DNA of 56,305 nt, from positions 1 to 56,305 of the IMG/VR virus record IMGVR_UViG_3300028326_000005; one strand, given 5' to 3'. The notes beneath the pieces are model-generated. The model was not told the DNA's origin, ran no database searches, and saw nothing but the letters and a program-made list of their open reading frames with translations. The DNA is from a virus (taxonomy: Duplodnaviria; Caudoviricetes). The position numbers and the translations under genes are program-made. Positions 23,761-33,214 of the stretch are shown one piece after another; positions within the stretch are counted from its first letter, which is position 1; each line of letters begins with the position of its first letter.

Positions 23761-26576
23761 ATTGTGTGACAGAAGACATTCTGATGCATTATGGGATGCC
23801 CCGACGGAGTGGACGCTACCCCTGGGGATCGGGGGATGAACCGTATCAGCGAAACAAAGATTTTATCGGTCGTGTGCAGGAACTTCGCAAGTCCGGAATG
23901 ACTGAAAACGAAATTGCGCTTGCCGTGGGATGCAAGAACACCAGCGATTTGCGTGTCCGCTACTCTATTGCCACAAATGAACGCCGTTCCTATGATGTGG
24001 CCAAGGCTAAATCCATGGTGGGGGATGGGTACACGCATGCTGAAATCGCCAAAGCGGCTGGAGAAAACGAATCAACCATTCGGTCCTGGTTAAATGCCGA
24101 TTCAGAAATGCGCATGAGCCAGGCACAGGGCACAGCAAAGATATTGAAAAAATTGGTTGACGATAAAGGCATGATCGATGTCGGGGTCGGGGTCGAAAAG
24201 GAATTAAATATCTCAAGAGAAAAGCTGACGCAGGCTCTACGCCTGTTGGAAGATGAGGGATATCTGGTATATGGCGGCGGCGTTCCGCAAGTTACCAACC
24301 CTGGTCGACAAACAAACATCAAAGTGCTTTGTCCACCGGGAACCGAGCACAAAGAAATTTATAATTTCGACAACGTCAATTCGGTACGGGATTATCGGAT
24401 TCGTCAGGATGCCGACGGCAATGATATTTTGACGCCGGCTTTTGTTTACCCAAAATCGATGGACTCTTCCAGGATGCAGGTTCGGTATGCGGAAGAAGGC
24501 GGTCAGGCAAAAGACGGAGTCGTTGAAATTCGTCGCGGAGTGGAAGATCTTTCTCTTGGCGAAAGCCATTACGCGCAGGTTCGGATTCTGGTGGACAACG
24601 ACCATTTCATTAAGGGAATGGCTCTGTACTCCGATGACCTGCCGGATGGCGTGGATGTTGTGTTCAATACCAACAAACCGCAAGGGACGCCGCTTGAAAA
24701 GGTGTTGAAGCCCATCAAAGACGATCCCGACAATCCGTTTGGAGCCCTGATCAAGGAAAACGGAGGGCAGAGCTATTATCCCGACGAAAACGGAGAAATG
24801 CAGCTGTCCCTTATTAACAAACGATCGGAAGAGGGCGATTGGAAGGAATGGAGCGACAGCTTGCCATCTCAGTTTCTTTCTAAACAAAAGCTGAGTCTGA
24901 TCAACAAGCAGTTGAACCTGTCCGTGGCGGACAAACAGGCGGAATTTGAAGAAATTTGCGCGCTGACAAACCCGACGGTAAAGAAGGAGCTTTTGGAAAC
25001 CTTCGCCAACGATTGTGATTCGACAGCCGTACACTTGGATGCCGCAGCCTTGCCCAGGCAGAAGTATCAGGTGATACTTCCAATTCCGAGCATGAAGGAC
25101 AATGAAATTTATGCGCCTAACTATGATGACGGTGATACGGTTGCCCTGATTCGGTATCCGCATGGCGGAACCTTTGAAATCCCGATTCTGACCGTAAACA
25201 ACAAACAGGCAGATGCACAACGGATTCTGGGCGCTACGCCAAGCGACGTGGTGGGTATCAACAGTACCGTAGCAGAACGATTGTCCGGTGCGGACTTTGA
25301 TGGGGACACGGTTATGGTGATCCCGTGCAATTCAGAACGCACCACTGTCAAAATTACATCTACGCCGCGATTGGAAGGGTTGGTCGGATTTGATCCAAAG
25401 ACGGAGTATGGCACGACTCCAAAAGTGGATGCGCAAGGTATCACCCACTATTATCGCGGCGATAAAGAGATCAAGGTGATGTCCAATACTCCAAATGAAA
25501 TGGGTCGGATATCTAACCTGATCACCGACATGACTCTGGTTGGCGCGCCGCCGCAGGATCTGGCCAAAGCCGTGCGCCACAGCATGGTCGTAATCGATGC
25601 TGAAAAACACAAGCTTGATTACAAGCAAAGCGAAATCGACAACGATATCGCTGCCTTGAAAGCGAAGTATCAGGGCCGGTTTGATGAAGACGGCAAGTAT
25701 CACGAAGGGGCGTCGACCTTGATTTCCCGGGCCAAGCATGAAGTGGAAGTTCCCAAAAGAAAGGGGAGCCCCATCATTGACCCGGAAACAGGCGAAGTAT
25801 CTTATAAAGAAGTCGAGGAGTCGTATCGGGTTTATAAGAAAGTGAAGGATCCGGTTACGGGAAAGGCAGTCGTGAACCCTGATACCGGAAAGCCTTTGCG
25901 GATTGACACGGGAAAGGACAAGGTACGGACTGATTCTGACTATTTGATGGCAGTCACTAAGGATGCGCGTGACCTGTTATCCCCCTACAGGACCCCCCAG
26001 GAAGAAGCATACGCCGACTATGCGAACAAGATGAAATCTCTGGCCAACGAAGCTCGCAAAGAGATGCTTCGCACTGGAAACATCGAGTATCATGCTTCTG
26101 CTAAGGAAGCCTATAAGCCGGAAGTGGACTCTCTTACTGCACAACTCAATATTGCGTTAATGAACGCGCCCCGAGAACGGAAGGCGCAACTCGCCGCAAA
26201 CAGCGTTCTTGCCGCAAAAAAGGCTCGCAATCCAGATATGACGCCAAAAGAAATTAAGAAAGCCGGACAGCAAGCGTTAACAGCGGCTAGGATCCGTTTT
26301 GGTGCAAAACGTACTCCTATTTGTATTACTGATCGGGAATGGGATGCCATACAATCAGGAGCTATCAGTGAGAACATACTTTCCCGTATCATTAAGAATA
26401 CAGATATTGATGAACTTCGGCAAAGAGCGACACCTAAGACGTATAACACGATAGGACCCGCCAAACAGGCAAAGATCAAAGCTATGAAGATCTCTGGCTG
26501 CACCACTGCAGAGATCGCAAAGGCTATAGGCTGTTCTTCGTCCACTGTTCTAAACTACATCAATGGAAAGGAGTGA
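23757..26576 (+). CDS. Single-chain two-barrel RNA polymerase with HTH motifs
   Basis: IRYPHGG (RxP) followed by LSGADFDGDTV (DxDGD catalytic loop); HTH-like segments at both termini. Confidence 0.78.
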   Translation: MNCVTEDILMHYGMPRRSGRYPWGSGDEPYQRNKDFIGRVQELRKSGMTENEIALAVGCKNTSDLRVRYSIATNERRSYDVAKAKSMVGDGYTHAEIAKAAGENESTIRSWLNADSEMRMSQAQGTAKILKKLVDDKGMIDVGVGVEKELNISREKLTQALRLLEDEGYLVYGGGVPQVTNPGRQTNIKVLCPPGTEHKEIYNFDNVNSVRDYRIRQDADGNDILTPAFVYPKSMDSSRMQVRYAEEGGQAKDGVVEIRRGVEDLSLGESHYAQVRILVDNDHFIKGMALYSDDLPDGVDVVFNTNKPQGTPLEKVLKPIKDDPDNPFGALIKENGGQSYYPDENGEMQLSLINKRSEEGDWKEWSDSLPSQFLSKQKLSLINKQLNLSVADKQAEFEEICALTNPTVKKELLETFANDCDSTAVHLDAAALPRQKYQVILPIPSMKDNEIYAPNYDDGDTVALIRYPHGGTFEIPILTVNNKQADAQRILGATPSDVVGINSTVAERLSGADFDGDTVMVIPCNSERTTVKITSTPRLEGLVGFDPKTEYGTTPKVDAQGITHYYRGDKEIKVMSNTPNEMGRISNLITDMTLVGAPPQDLAKAVRHSMVVIDAEKHKLDYKQSEIDNDIAALKAKYQGRFDEDGKYHEGASTLISRAKHEVEVPKRKGSPIIDPETGEVSYKEVEESYRVYKKVKDPVTGKAVVNPDTGKPLRIDTGKDKVRTDSDYLMAVTKDARDLLSPYRTPQEEAYADYANKMKSLANEARKEMLRTGNIEYHASAKEAYKPEVDSLTAQLNIALMNAPRERKAQLAANSVLAAKKARNPDMTPKEIKKAGQQALTAARIRFGAKRTPICITDREWDAIQSGAISENILSRIIKNTDIDELRQRATPKTYNTIGPAKQAKIKAMKISGCTTAEIAKAIGCSSSTVLNYINGKE

Positions 26577-26581
26577 ATTAG

Positions 26582-26839
26582 ATGACCGGCCAGGACGTCG
26601 CACTGACTACAATCGACAATCCATTCGATCCGTTCAAACAATTCATTCCTTGGTTTATGTTTGATACGGAAAAAGGGTACAATTCTTGTTCATACTTGGG
26701 CCGCATTGCTCGTACTTCTGACCAATTATCGGATGAAGAGAATGGTCAAGAGATTGAGCGTGCTGTTGATGAGATTATTAGGTATGATTTCAGAAACATC
26801 TATAAGAAAGTGGCTAGAAAGGTAGAGCAACAAGCTTAA
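26582..26839 (+). CDS. Conserved small protein following the RNAP
   Basis: AAAGGAG RBS; LTTIDNPFDPF...W...D...GYNSCSYLGRI. Confidence 0.75.
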   Translation: MTGQDVALTTIDNPFDPFKQFIPWFMFDTEKGYNSCSYLGRIARTSDQLSDEENGQEIERAVDEIIRYDFRNIYKKVARKVEQQA

Positions 26840-26867
26840 CGGCACATATAAATAGCTTTATAAGACA

Positions 26868-26946
26868 GGAGGGGGGGGGGTCGCCAAAAAAGCACCCCCT
26901 ACTGTCATCGCATGTGTCCCTGGAAATTCTCCGGGGGGAGTTTTTT
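26868..26946. other. Putative cos/packaging-start region
   Basis: Non-coding G11 run, CCCCC tract and CGCATGTGTCCCT between the RNAP operon and the packaging genes. Confidence 0.45.
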
Positions 26947-26960
26947 AAGATGGGGCTTAG

Positions 26961-27070
26961 CGTTCACCGGTTCTGAAAAGAGCCAGCAGATTTCATTTAT
27001 GATGGACTTACTCTTTTCTCTTTTCGGTGAGCCGTCGATTTCTGCTGGTTTTTTTCAGAACCGGTGAACG
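26961..27070 (+). ncRNA. Long hairpin RNA in the late leader
   Basis: 30-bp inverted repeat 26961-26990 / 27041-27070 with two G-U pairs, plus inner stem and pyrimidine loop. Confidence 0.55.
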
Positions 27071-27104
27071 TTGCTCCAAATGATTTCTGGCAAAAGGAGG
27101 CAAC

Positions 27105-27461
27105 ATGAAGAACAGAAAATCGCTTACATCTTCCGGGTCTTGTAAAAAAATTAGACCGGCGTTGTCTCCGGAAGCTCGGGAGAACCAATTGATAGCGCTG
27201 GCAGTCGACCTCGTGGAAAAGCGATTGCTTGAGGGAACCGCGTCTTCGCAGGAGACAACACACTTTTTAAAACTCGGGTCTACGACGGCCCGACTTGAAA
27301 AGGGTATTCTGGAAAAACAAAAGGAACTGATTGAAGCAAAGACACAATCTCTTCATGCCTTGCAGGAAACGAAAGAGATGTATAACAACGCGCTGAAAGC
27401 TATGCGAGTATACAGCGGTCACGGGGATGACGACAGTATAAGCAACGAACAGCATGAGTGA
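27105..27461 (+). CDS. Probable terminase small subunit
   Basis: First gene after the putative cos; helical RPALSPEARENQLIALA...THFLKLGS; call is positional. Confidence 0.55.
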   Translation: MKNRKSLTSSGSCKKIRPALSPEARENQLIALAVDLVEKRLLEGTASSQETTHFLKLGSTTARLEKGILEKQKELIEAKTQSLHALQETKEMYNNALKAMRVYSGHGDDDSISNEQHE

Positions 27462-28557
27462 TGAACAGTATAAGCGACAAACAGCATGCGTGAAGAACAG
27501 AGTTGATGCTTTTTCAGTTCTATCAAAAGGAGGACAAATAATATTGCATACAATGCCTGCCCATGGATTGGGTTTCGCTATTCCGTCTGAGAATGAGGAT
27601 TGGAAGGCGACAGCGCTTACTTTGCGGAAGAGCCATCGCAGCGTAAAGTATATTTCAGACAGAATCCATGTCAGCGAGGATGCCATTCGTAAATTTTTTA
27701 TTAAGGAAAAAGCAAAAGGCAAAGCGAAGAAAGATACAAAAGACAGTTTCCAAGTGTATGAGAACTTGAGACCGAATCTTTACAAACCGGTTTGGGGCGG
27801 GAACCAAGTGTTAACCATCGCTTTGATGGGAGACACGCAGATTAATTCAAAGTACACACAGTTGACGTACCTGCATCAATTTTACGATGTGTGTTACGCT
27901 CGCGGAGTTCACGACGTTTACCACACAGGGGATATCGACGAAGGTGAGAAAATGCGCCCTGGACATCAGTATGAGTGCTACAATCAGGGAGTAGACGACC
28001 ACGTGGACGAAATTGTGAGAGTATACCCAAAACGTGAGGGCATCCAAACACATTTTATTACTGGGAACCATGACGCGAGTATTTACAAACTTTGCGGACT
28101 GGATTTAGGTGAATTGATCGCTCAAAAGCGAGAAGACATGCATTATCTTGGTCGGGACTGTGCAAGAATTAACCTGACGCCAAACTGTGTTTTGGAATTG
28201 CGCCACCCATGGGACGGGACAGCCTATGCATTGTCCTACAAACCTCAAAAAATGATCGCCGCTATGGAATCGGACAGTAAGCCTAACATCCTTGCTATCG
28301 GGCACTATCATAAGGTAGAGTATTTATTTCGTCGGAACGTTCATGCTTTGCAAACTGGATGTTTCCAATCACAGACTCCGTTTACGAGAGGTAGGGGAAT
28401 CGAAACTGATATGGGCGGATGGATCGTGACAATAGAGGTGGATGCTGACGGGCACATTCAGCGATTCATTCCCGAACTGATTCCATTCTATAAGGGGATC
28501 GCCGACGATTATAAAAACTGGGATGACGACCGCGATGAAAGTAAGAAGTTATTCTGA
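27454..28557 (+). CDS. Calcineurin-like metallophosphoesterase with N-terminal HTH-like segment
   Basis: GDTQ, TGDIDEG, TGNHD, RHP, IGHYH; true start probably near 27543-27553 after AAAGGAGG. Confidence 0.8.
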   Translation: MSDEQYKRQTACVKNRVDAFSVLSKGGQIILHTMPAHGLGFAIPSENEDWKATALTLRKSHRSVKYISDRIHVSEDAIRKFFIKEKAKGKAKKDTKDSFQVYENLRPNLYKPVWGGNQVLTIALMGDTQINSKYTQLTYLHQFYDVCYARGVHDVYHTGDIDEGEKMRPGHQYECYNQGVDDHVDEIVRVYPKREGIQTHFITGNHDASIYKLCGLDLGELIAQKREDMHYLGRDCARINLTPNCVLELRHPWDGTAYALSYKPQKMIAAMESDSKPNILAIGHYHKVEYLFRRNVHALQTGCFQSQTPFTRGRGIETDMGGWIVTIEVDADGHIQRFIPELIPFYKGIADDYKNWDDDRDESKKLF

Positions 28558-29026
28558 ACTTATTACCATTGATGATTTTAAGAACCGATTTGAATACCTT
28601 CGACTAAACGGATCCGTCGGAATAGATACTTTCGGATTTGATCGATACTTAAATCAGCGTTTTTATCATTCAACTGAATGGAATACGATACGGGATAAAG
28701 TGATCGTCCGGGATTGCGGATGCGATCTTGGTATAGACGGCCGAGAGATTTTCGGCCGTATTTATATTCACCACATGAACCCGGTTTTGGTCGAGAATCT
28801 TTTAAACGGTATGGACGCCGATTTGCTGAACCCGGAATATCTGATCTGTACCACGCACAACACACACAACGCAATTCACTATGGGGACGAGCATCTCCTG
28901 ATGGAAGAATTTATTGAACGAAAGCCGAATGATACCTGCCTGTGGAGAGAGGGGGATCCGAATGCAAAGCATATTATCGTCGATCAAGAAATTGATTGGT
29001 ATCGGGGAAGAAGACGAAAGTTTTGA
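28523..29026 (+). CDS. HNH endonuclease (packaging-associated)
   Basis: RDKVIVRDCGCDLG...IHHMNP...LICTTHNTHNAIH. Confidence 0.85.
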   Translation: MTTAMKVRSYSELITIDDFKNRFEYLRLNGSVGIDTFGFDRYLNQRFYHSTEWNTIRDKVIVRDCGCDLGIDGREIFGRIYIHHMNPVLVENLLNGMDADLLNPEYLICTTHNTHNAIHYGDEHLLMEEFIERKPNDTCLWREGDPNAKHIIVDQEIDWYRGRRRKF

Positions 29027-29303
29027 TGCCGATATCATTATGGCAATCAACACGGCACTGGCCGGACTTATCCAGATGGGGGTCGGCCCCCCTGAAGGTT
29101 ATGCAATTCAAGACAAGACGGCAACCTGGGAGAACTTTTTGGGGACCGGATCCAATCTGGAAAACGTAAAATCCTACGTATATTTGAAAACCCGTTTGCT
29201 GTTTGATCCGCCTACGAGTTCTGCTTTACTGGACAGCCTCAACAATGTTCTTGGCGAACTGGAGTTCCGCATCTATGTGCAGGCCGACAACAGAACTATA
29301 TGA
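28962..29303 (+). CDS. Head-tail connector-like protein
   Basis: SILSSIKKLIG...FDADIIMAIN...VKSYVYLKTRLLFDPP. Confidence 0.65.
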   Translation: MQSILSSIKKLIGIGEEDESFDADIIMAINTALAGLIQMGVGPPEGYAIQDKTATWENFLGTGSNLENVKSYVYLKTRLLFDPPTSSALLDSLNNVLGELEFRIYVQADNRTI

Positions 29304-29332
29304 GAAAAAAGTAAAGAAAGGAGGTAACAGCA

Positions 29333-29827
29333 ATGGACGACATTATTCAGCATCATGGAATTCTTGGAATGAAATGGGGCGTGCGCCGAACCGACGCACA
29401 ACTTGGACGAGCATCCGGCAACGAGAAGGATGGCGAATCGGGTCAGTCTGAGAAAAAAGTAAAACCGGCTGATATGACAGATGCCGAATTGCGAAATAAG
29501 GTAAATCGCCTTATGCTTGAAAAACAGTATAAGGATTTGGATGCGTCGCTTAATCCCAAAAAAGTGTCGGTTGTTAAGAAGCTTGTGTCTGAAGCCTTGC
29601 AGAATTTTGGGCGGCAGGCGCTTGCCGTCGGTGTTGACAAACTGGTAAAAGCGATAATCAACAAACCAGAAGGGGAGCTCACCCTTGACGATTTGGAAAA
29701 GATGGACATGGATAAAATCAAGAAACTGAGTCCGTCTAAGATTAAGAAAGCTTCGGAAACATACGGGTCAGTTGTCAGTATTTCGAAATTGCGTGAAAAA
29801 ATGCGGGATCCGGATGCGTCCGTTTAA
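29333..29827 (+). CDS. Virion-associated protein with HHGILGMKWGVRR motif
   Basis: N-terminal IQHHGILGMKWGVRR; MTDAELRNKVNRLMLEKQY. Confidence 0.7.
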   Translation: MDDIIQHHGILGMKWGVRRTDAQLGRASGNEKDGESGQSEKKVKPADMTDAELRNKVNRLMLEKQYKDLDASLNPKKVSVVKKLVSEALQNFGRQALAVGVDKLVKAIINKPEGELTLDDLEKMDMDKIKKLSPSKIKKASETYGSVVSISKLREKMRDPDASV

Positions 29828-29842
29828 TTGCTGAAGTAAAAA

Positions 29843-31588
29843 ATGGCACTATCCAATACTGCCGTACCAAAGTATTACGGACTATTCCGTGATGCCGTGA
29901 TTCGCGGCGAAATCCCAATTTGCAAAGAAATCGCCATGGAGATGGGGCGAATTGATGATCTGATTGCCAATCCCGGAGTCTACTACGACAGCGAAGCGAT
30001 CAACGGTTTCATTGCTTATTGCGAGAATGAGTTGACCCTTACAGACGGAAGCGATTTGAAGCTTCTGGACACTTTCAAACTGTGGGCGGAGCAGATCTTC
30101 GGATGGTATTACTTTGTTGAACGCAGTGTATATGTGCCTAACCAAAACGGACCAGGCGGACACTACGTGAAGAAAAGCGAAAAACGAAGACTAGTCAACA
30201 AACAGTATTTGATCGTGGCCCGAGGCGCCGCCAAATCGATGTACGGAAGCTGCATCCAAAGTTACTTCCTGAACGTGGATACGACGACCACTCACCAGAT
30301 CACGACCGCGCCGACCATGAAGCTGGCAGAAGAAGTGCTGTCACCGATACGCACCTCCATTATCCGATCCAGGGGTCCGCTGTTCAAATTTCTGACAAAC
30401 GGATCTTTACAGAATACGACCGGATCCAAGGCAAACCGGATGAAATTAGCATCGACAAAGAAAGGGATTGAGAATTTCCTGACCGGATCGTTGCTGGAAA
30501 TTCGGCCCATGTCCATCAACAAACTGCAGGGGTTGAAAAATAAGATTTCAACGGTTGACGAGTGGCTGTCCGGAGATACAAGAGAAGATGTGGTTGGCGC
30601 GCTGGAACAAGGCGCATCCAAAGTGGAAGACTACCTGATCGTAGCGATGAGTTCTGAAGGAACCGTTCGAAACGGGAGCGGCGACACCATCAAAATGGAA
30701 CTAATGGACATCCTGAAAGGGGAATACATCAACCCGCACGTTTCGATATGGTACTACAAGCTGGATTCTATCGACGAGGTAGGCAACCCTGACATGTGGC
30801 TGAAGGCAAACCCGAACCTCGGAAAGACAGTAAGTTACGAAACTTACAGCCTGGATGTGGAGAGAGCCGAGAAAGCGCCTGCGGCCAGAAACGATATTCT
30901 GGCAAAACGCTTCGGTATCCCAATGGAAGGTTACACTTATTATTTCACCTATGAAGAAACGCTGCCCCAAAAGAAACGAAGTTTTTGGCAAATGCCATGT
31001 TCTCTTGGCGGGGATCTTTCGCTTGGTGACGATTTCTGCGCGTTTACGTTTCTGTTTCCGCTGGCAAACGGAACCTTCGGGGTGAAGACCCGCGACTATA
31101 TCACGTCTTTAACATTACAAAAGCTTCCGGCGGCAATGCGGAACAAGTATAACGAATTCATAGATGAGGGAAGCCTTATCGTCATGGACGGAACGGTTCT
31201 GGACATGATGGATGTTTATGAAGATCTGGATAATCACATCACCGAATGCGGCTATGACGTGCGTTGTTTCGGATACGACCCATTTAATGCCAAGGATTTT
31301 GTCGCCAGGTGGGAATCTGAAAACGGACCGTTTGGCATCGAAAAAGTAATACAAGGAATTAAAACCGAGTCCGTTCCGCTTGGAGAGTTAAAGAAACTTT
31401 CCGGGGAACGGATGTTGCTTTTTGATGAGGCTTTGATGAGTTTTGCTATGGGAAATTGCATTACCCTGGAAGATACAAACGGGAATCGCAAACTTCTAAA
31501 GAAGCGGTGCGACCAGAAGATTGATGCCGTTGCCGCGTTACTGGACGCATATGTCGCATACAAAATAAATCGCGAATCATTTGACTAA
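29843..31588 (+). CDS. terL: Terminase large subunit
   Basis: Walker A VARGAAKS, Walker B TVDEW, KANPNLG, nuclease GGDLS...YDPFN...KIDAVAALLDA. Confidence 0.92.
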   Translation: MALSNTAVPKYYGLFRDAVIRGEIPICKEIAMEMGRIDDLIANPGVYYDSEAINGFIAYCENELTLTDGSDLKLLDTFKLWAEQIFGWYYFVERSVYVPNQNGPGGHYVKKSEKRRLVNKQYLIVARGAAKSMYGSCIQSYFLNVDTTTTHQITTAPTMKLAEEVLSPIRTSIIRSRGPLFKFLTNGSLQNTTGSKANRMKLASTKKGIENFLTGSLLEIRPMSINKLQGLKNKISTVDEWLSGDTREDVVGALEQGASKVEDYLIVAMSSEGTVRNGSGDTIKMELMDILKGEYINPHVSIWYYKLDSIDEVGNPDMWLKANPNLGKTVSYETYSLDVERAEKAPAARNDILAKRFGIPMEGYTYYFTYEETLPQKKRSFWQMPCSLGGDLSLGDDFCAFTFLFPLANGTFGVKTRDYITSLTLQKLPAAMRNKYNEFIDEGSLIVMDGTVLDMMDVYEDLDNHITECGYDVRCFGYDPFNAKDFVARWESENGPFGIEKVIQGIKTESVPLGELKKLSGERMLLFDEALMSFAMGNCITLEDTNGNRKLLKKRCDQKIDAVAALLDAYVAYKINRESFD

Positions 31589-31618
31589 TGTTTGCGTAAA
31601 TTAAGGAGGAACTCTGCA

Positions 31619-31939
31619 ATGAAAGCAATGCTGAGCCAACCAATGGGCGGAAAAACAGAGGAAGAGATTGTATCGACCCGGGATCGGGCGATTTCTTTTC
31701 TGAAGGAAAAGGGATATGAGGTTGTAAACACTTTGTTCACGGACGAGTGGTATAGCCGCCAGGCTATGAATGACCGTGGCGTGGTACAGATTCCGCTCTG
31801 TTTTTTAGCCAAATCACTGGAAAACATGAGCCTTTGTCATGTTGTTTACTTCTGCAAAGGGTGGGAAAACGCCAGAGGCTGCCTGATTGAGCACGAAGCC
31901 GCGAAGGCTTACGGGCTTGAGGTTGTCTATGAGCAGTAA
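31619..31939 (+). CDS. DUF4406-like (nucleoside deoxyribosyltransferase-like fold) protein
   Basis: MLSQPMGG...SLENMSLCHVVYFCKGWENARGCLIEH. Confidence 0.7.
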   Translation: MKAMLSQPMGGKTEEEIVSTRDRAISFLKEKGYEVVNTLFTDEWYSRQAMNDRGVVQIPLCFLAKSLENMSLCHVVYFCKGWENARGCLIEHEAAKAYGLEVVYEQ

Positions 31940-31954
31940 GGGGGATCATTCAAA

Positions 31955-33214
31955 ATGGGGTTGATCGATAGGCTGAAACAGGCCTGGAATGTATTCAATA
32001 ATAAGGATCCTACCCTGCAATACCAGGAAATTGGCGCCAGTTATTCGCGACGACCTGATCGGGTTCGATTCAGCCGCGGAAATGAACGGTCTATTGTTAC
32101 TTCCGTATATAACCGGATTGCATTAGATTGTGCGTCTATTGACATTAAACACGTGAAACTGGATGAGAACGATCGATATTTATCGGAAGTGGACAGTGGA
32201 TTAAACCGATGTTTGAGTTTGGAAGCGAATCTTGACCAGACTGGACGGGCTTTTAAGCAAGATGTTTACATGTCGATGCTTGACGAAGGATGCCTGGCCA
32301 TTATCCCGACAGATGTCGCCATTAACCCGTCTACCGGAGGATTTGACATCGAAAAAATACGGGTAGGGCAAATTCTGGAGTGGTATCCTGCTCACGTCCG
32401 TGTACGTGTATATAACGAACAGACCGGCCGCAAAGAAGATATCACCGTAGCCAAAAGCGCGGTATCGATTATCGAAAATCCATTATATGCGGTGATCAAC
32501 GAGCCAAACTCCACCATGCAGCGGTTGATACGAAAACTGAACTTGTTGGACGCGGTAGACGAGCAATCCAGTTCCGGGAAACTGGACCTGATTATTCAGT
32601 TACCCTACATTATCAAGACCCCCGCCCGGCAGCAGCAGGCTGAAAACAGGCGGAAAAGCATCGAAGACCAACTGTCCGGATCAAAGTATGGAATCGCGTA
32701 TACCGATGGAACAGAACGCATTACGCAGTTGAATCGCCCGGTCGAGAACACCCTGATGAAACAGATTGAATACCTGACGAGTATGCTATATAGCCAGTTA
32801 GGAATCACTCAAAGCATTCTGGACGGATCGGCCGACGAGAAGACAATGCTGAATTACTACAGTCGGACCATTGAACCGCTTGTTTCCGCACCGGTGGACG
32901 AAATGAAACGGAAATTTTTGACAAGAAAAGCACTTACTGATCGGGAATCTGTGGTGTTCTTCCGCGATCCGTTCAAACTTGTCCCGGTCAATGACATTGC
33001 CGAGATTGCCGATAAGTTTACCCGCAACGAAATTATGACGTCCAACGAATTGCGGCAGATTGTAGGCATGAAGCCTTCGAAAGACCCGAACGCGGATGTG
33101 CTTCGCAACAAGAATTTGAGCGAACCGGCCGGTGGGGAATCAACTGGAACAGATACGCCGGAACCCAAAGACACCGAACCATCAAAGGAGGAAAAAATTC
33201 AAAATGAACAATGA
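31955..33214 (+). CDS. Portal protein
   Basis: After terL; VYNRIALD, EANLDQTG, MTSNELRQIVG. Confidence 0.9.
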   Translation: MGLIDRLKQAWNVFNNKDPTLQYQEIGASYSRRPDRVRFSRGNERSIVTSVYNRIALDCASIDIKHVKLDENDRYLSEVDSGLNRCLSLEANLDQTGRAFKQDVYMSMLDEGCLAIIPTDVAINPSTGGFDIEKIRVGQILEWYPAHVRVRVYNEQTGRKEDITVAKSAVSIIENPLYAVINEPNSTMQRLIRKLNLLDAVDEQSSSGKLDLIIQLPYIIKTPARQQQAENRRKSIEDQLSGSKYGIAYTDGTERITQLNRPVENTLMKQIEYLTSMLYSQLGITQSILDGSADEKTMLNYYSRTIEPLVSAPVDEMKRKFLTRKALTDRESVVFFRDPFKLVPVNDIAEIADKFTRNEIMTSNELRQIVGMKPSKDPNADVLRNKNLSEPAGGESTGTDTPEPKDTEPSKEEKIQNEQ

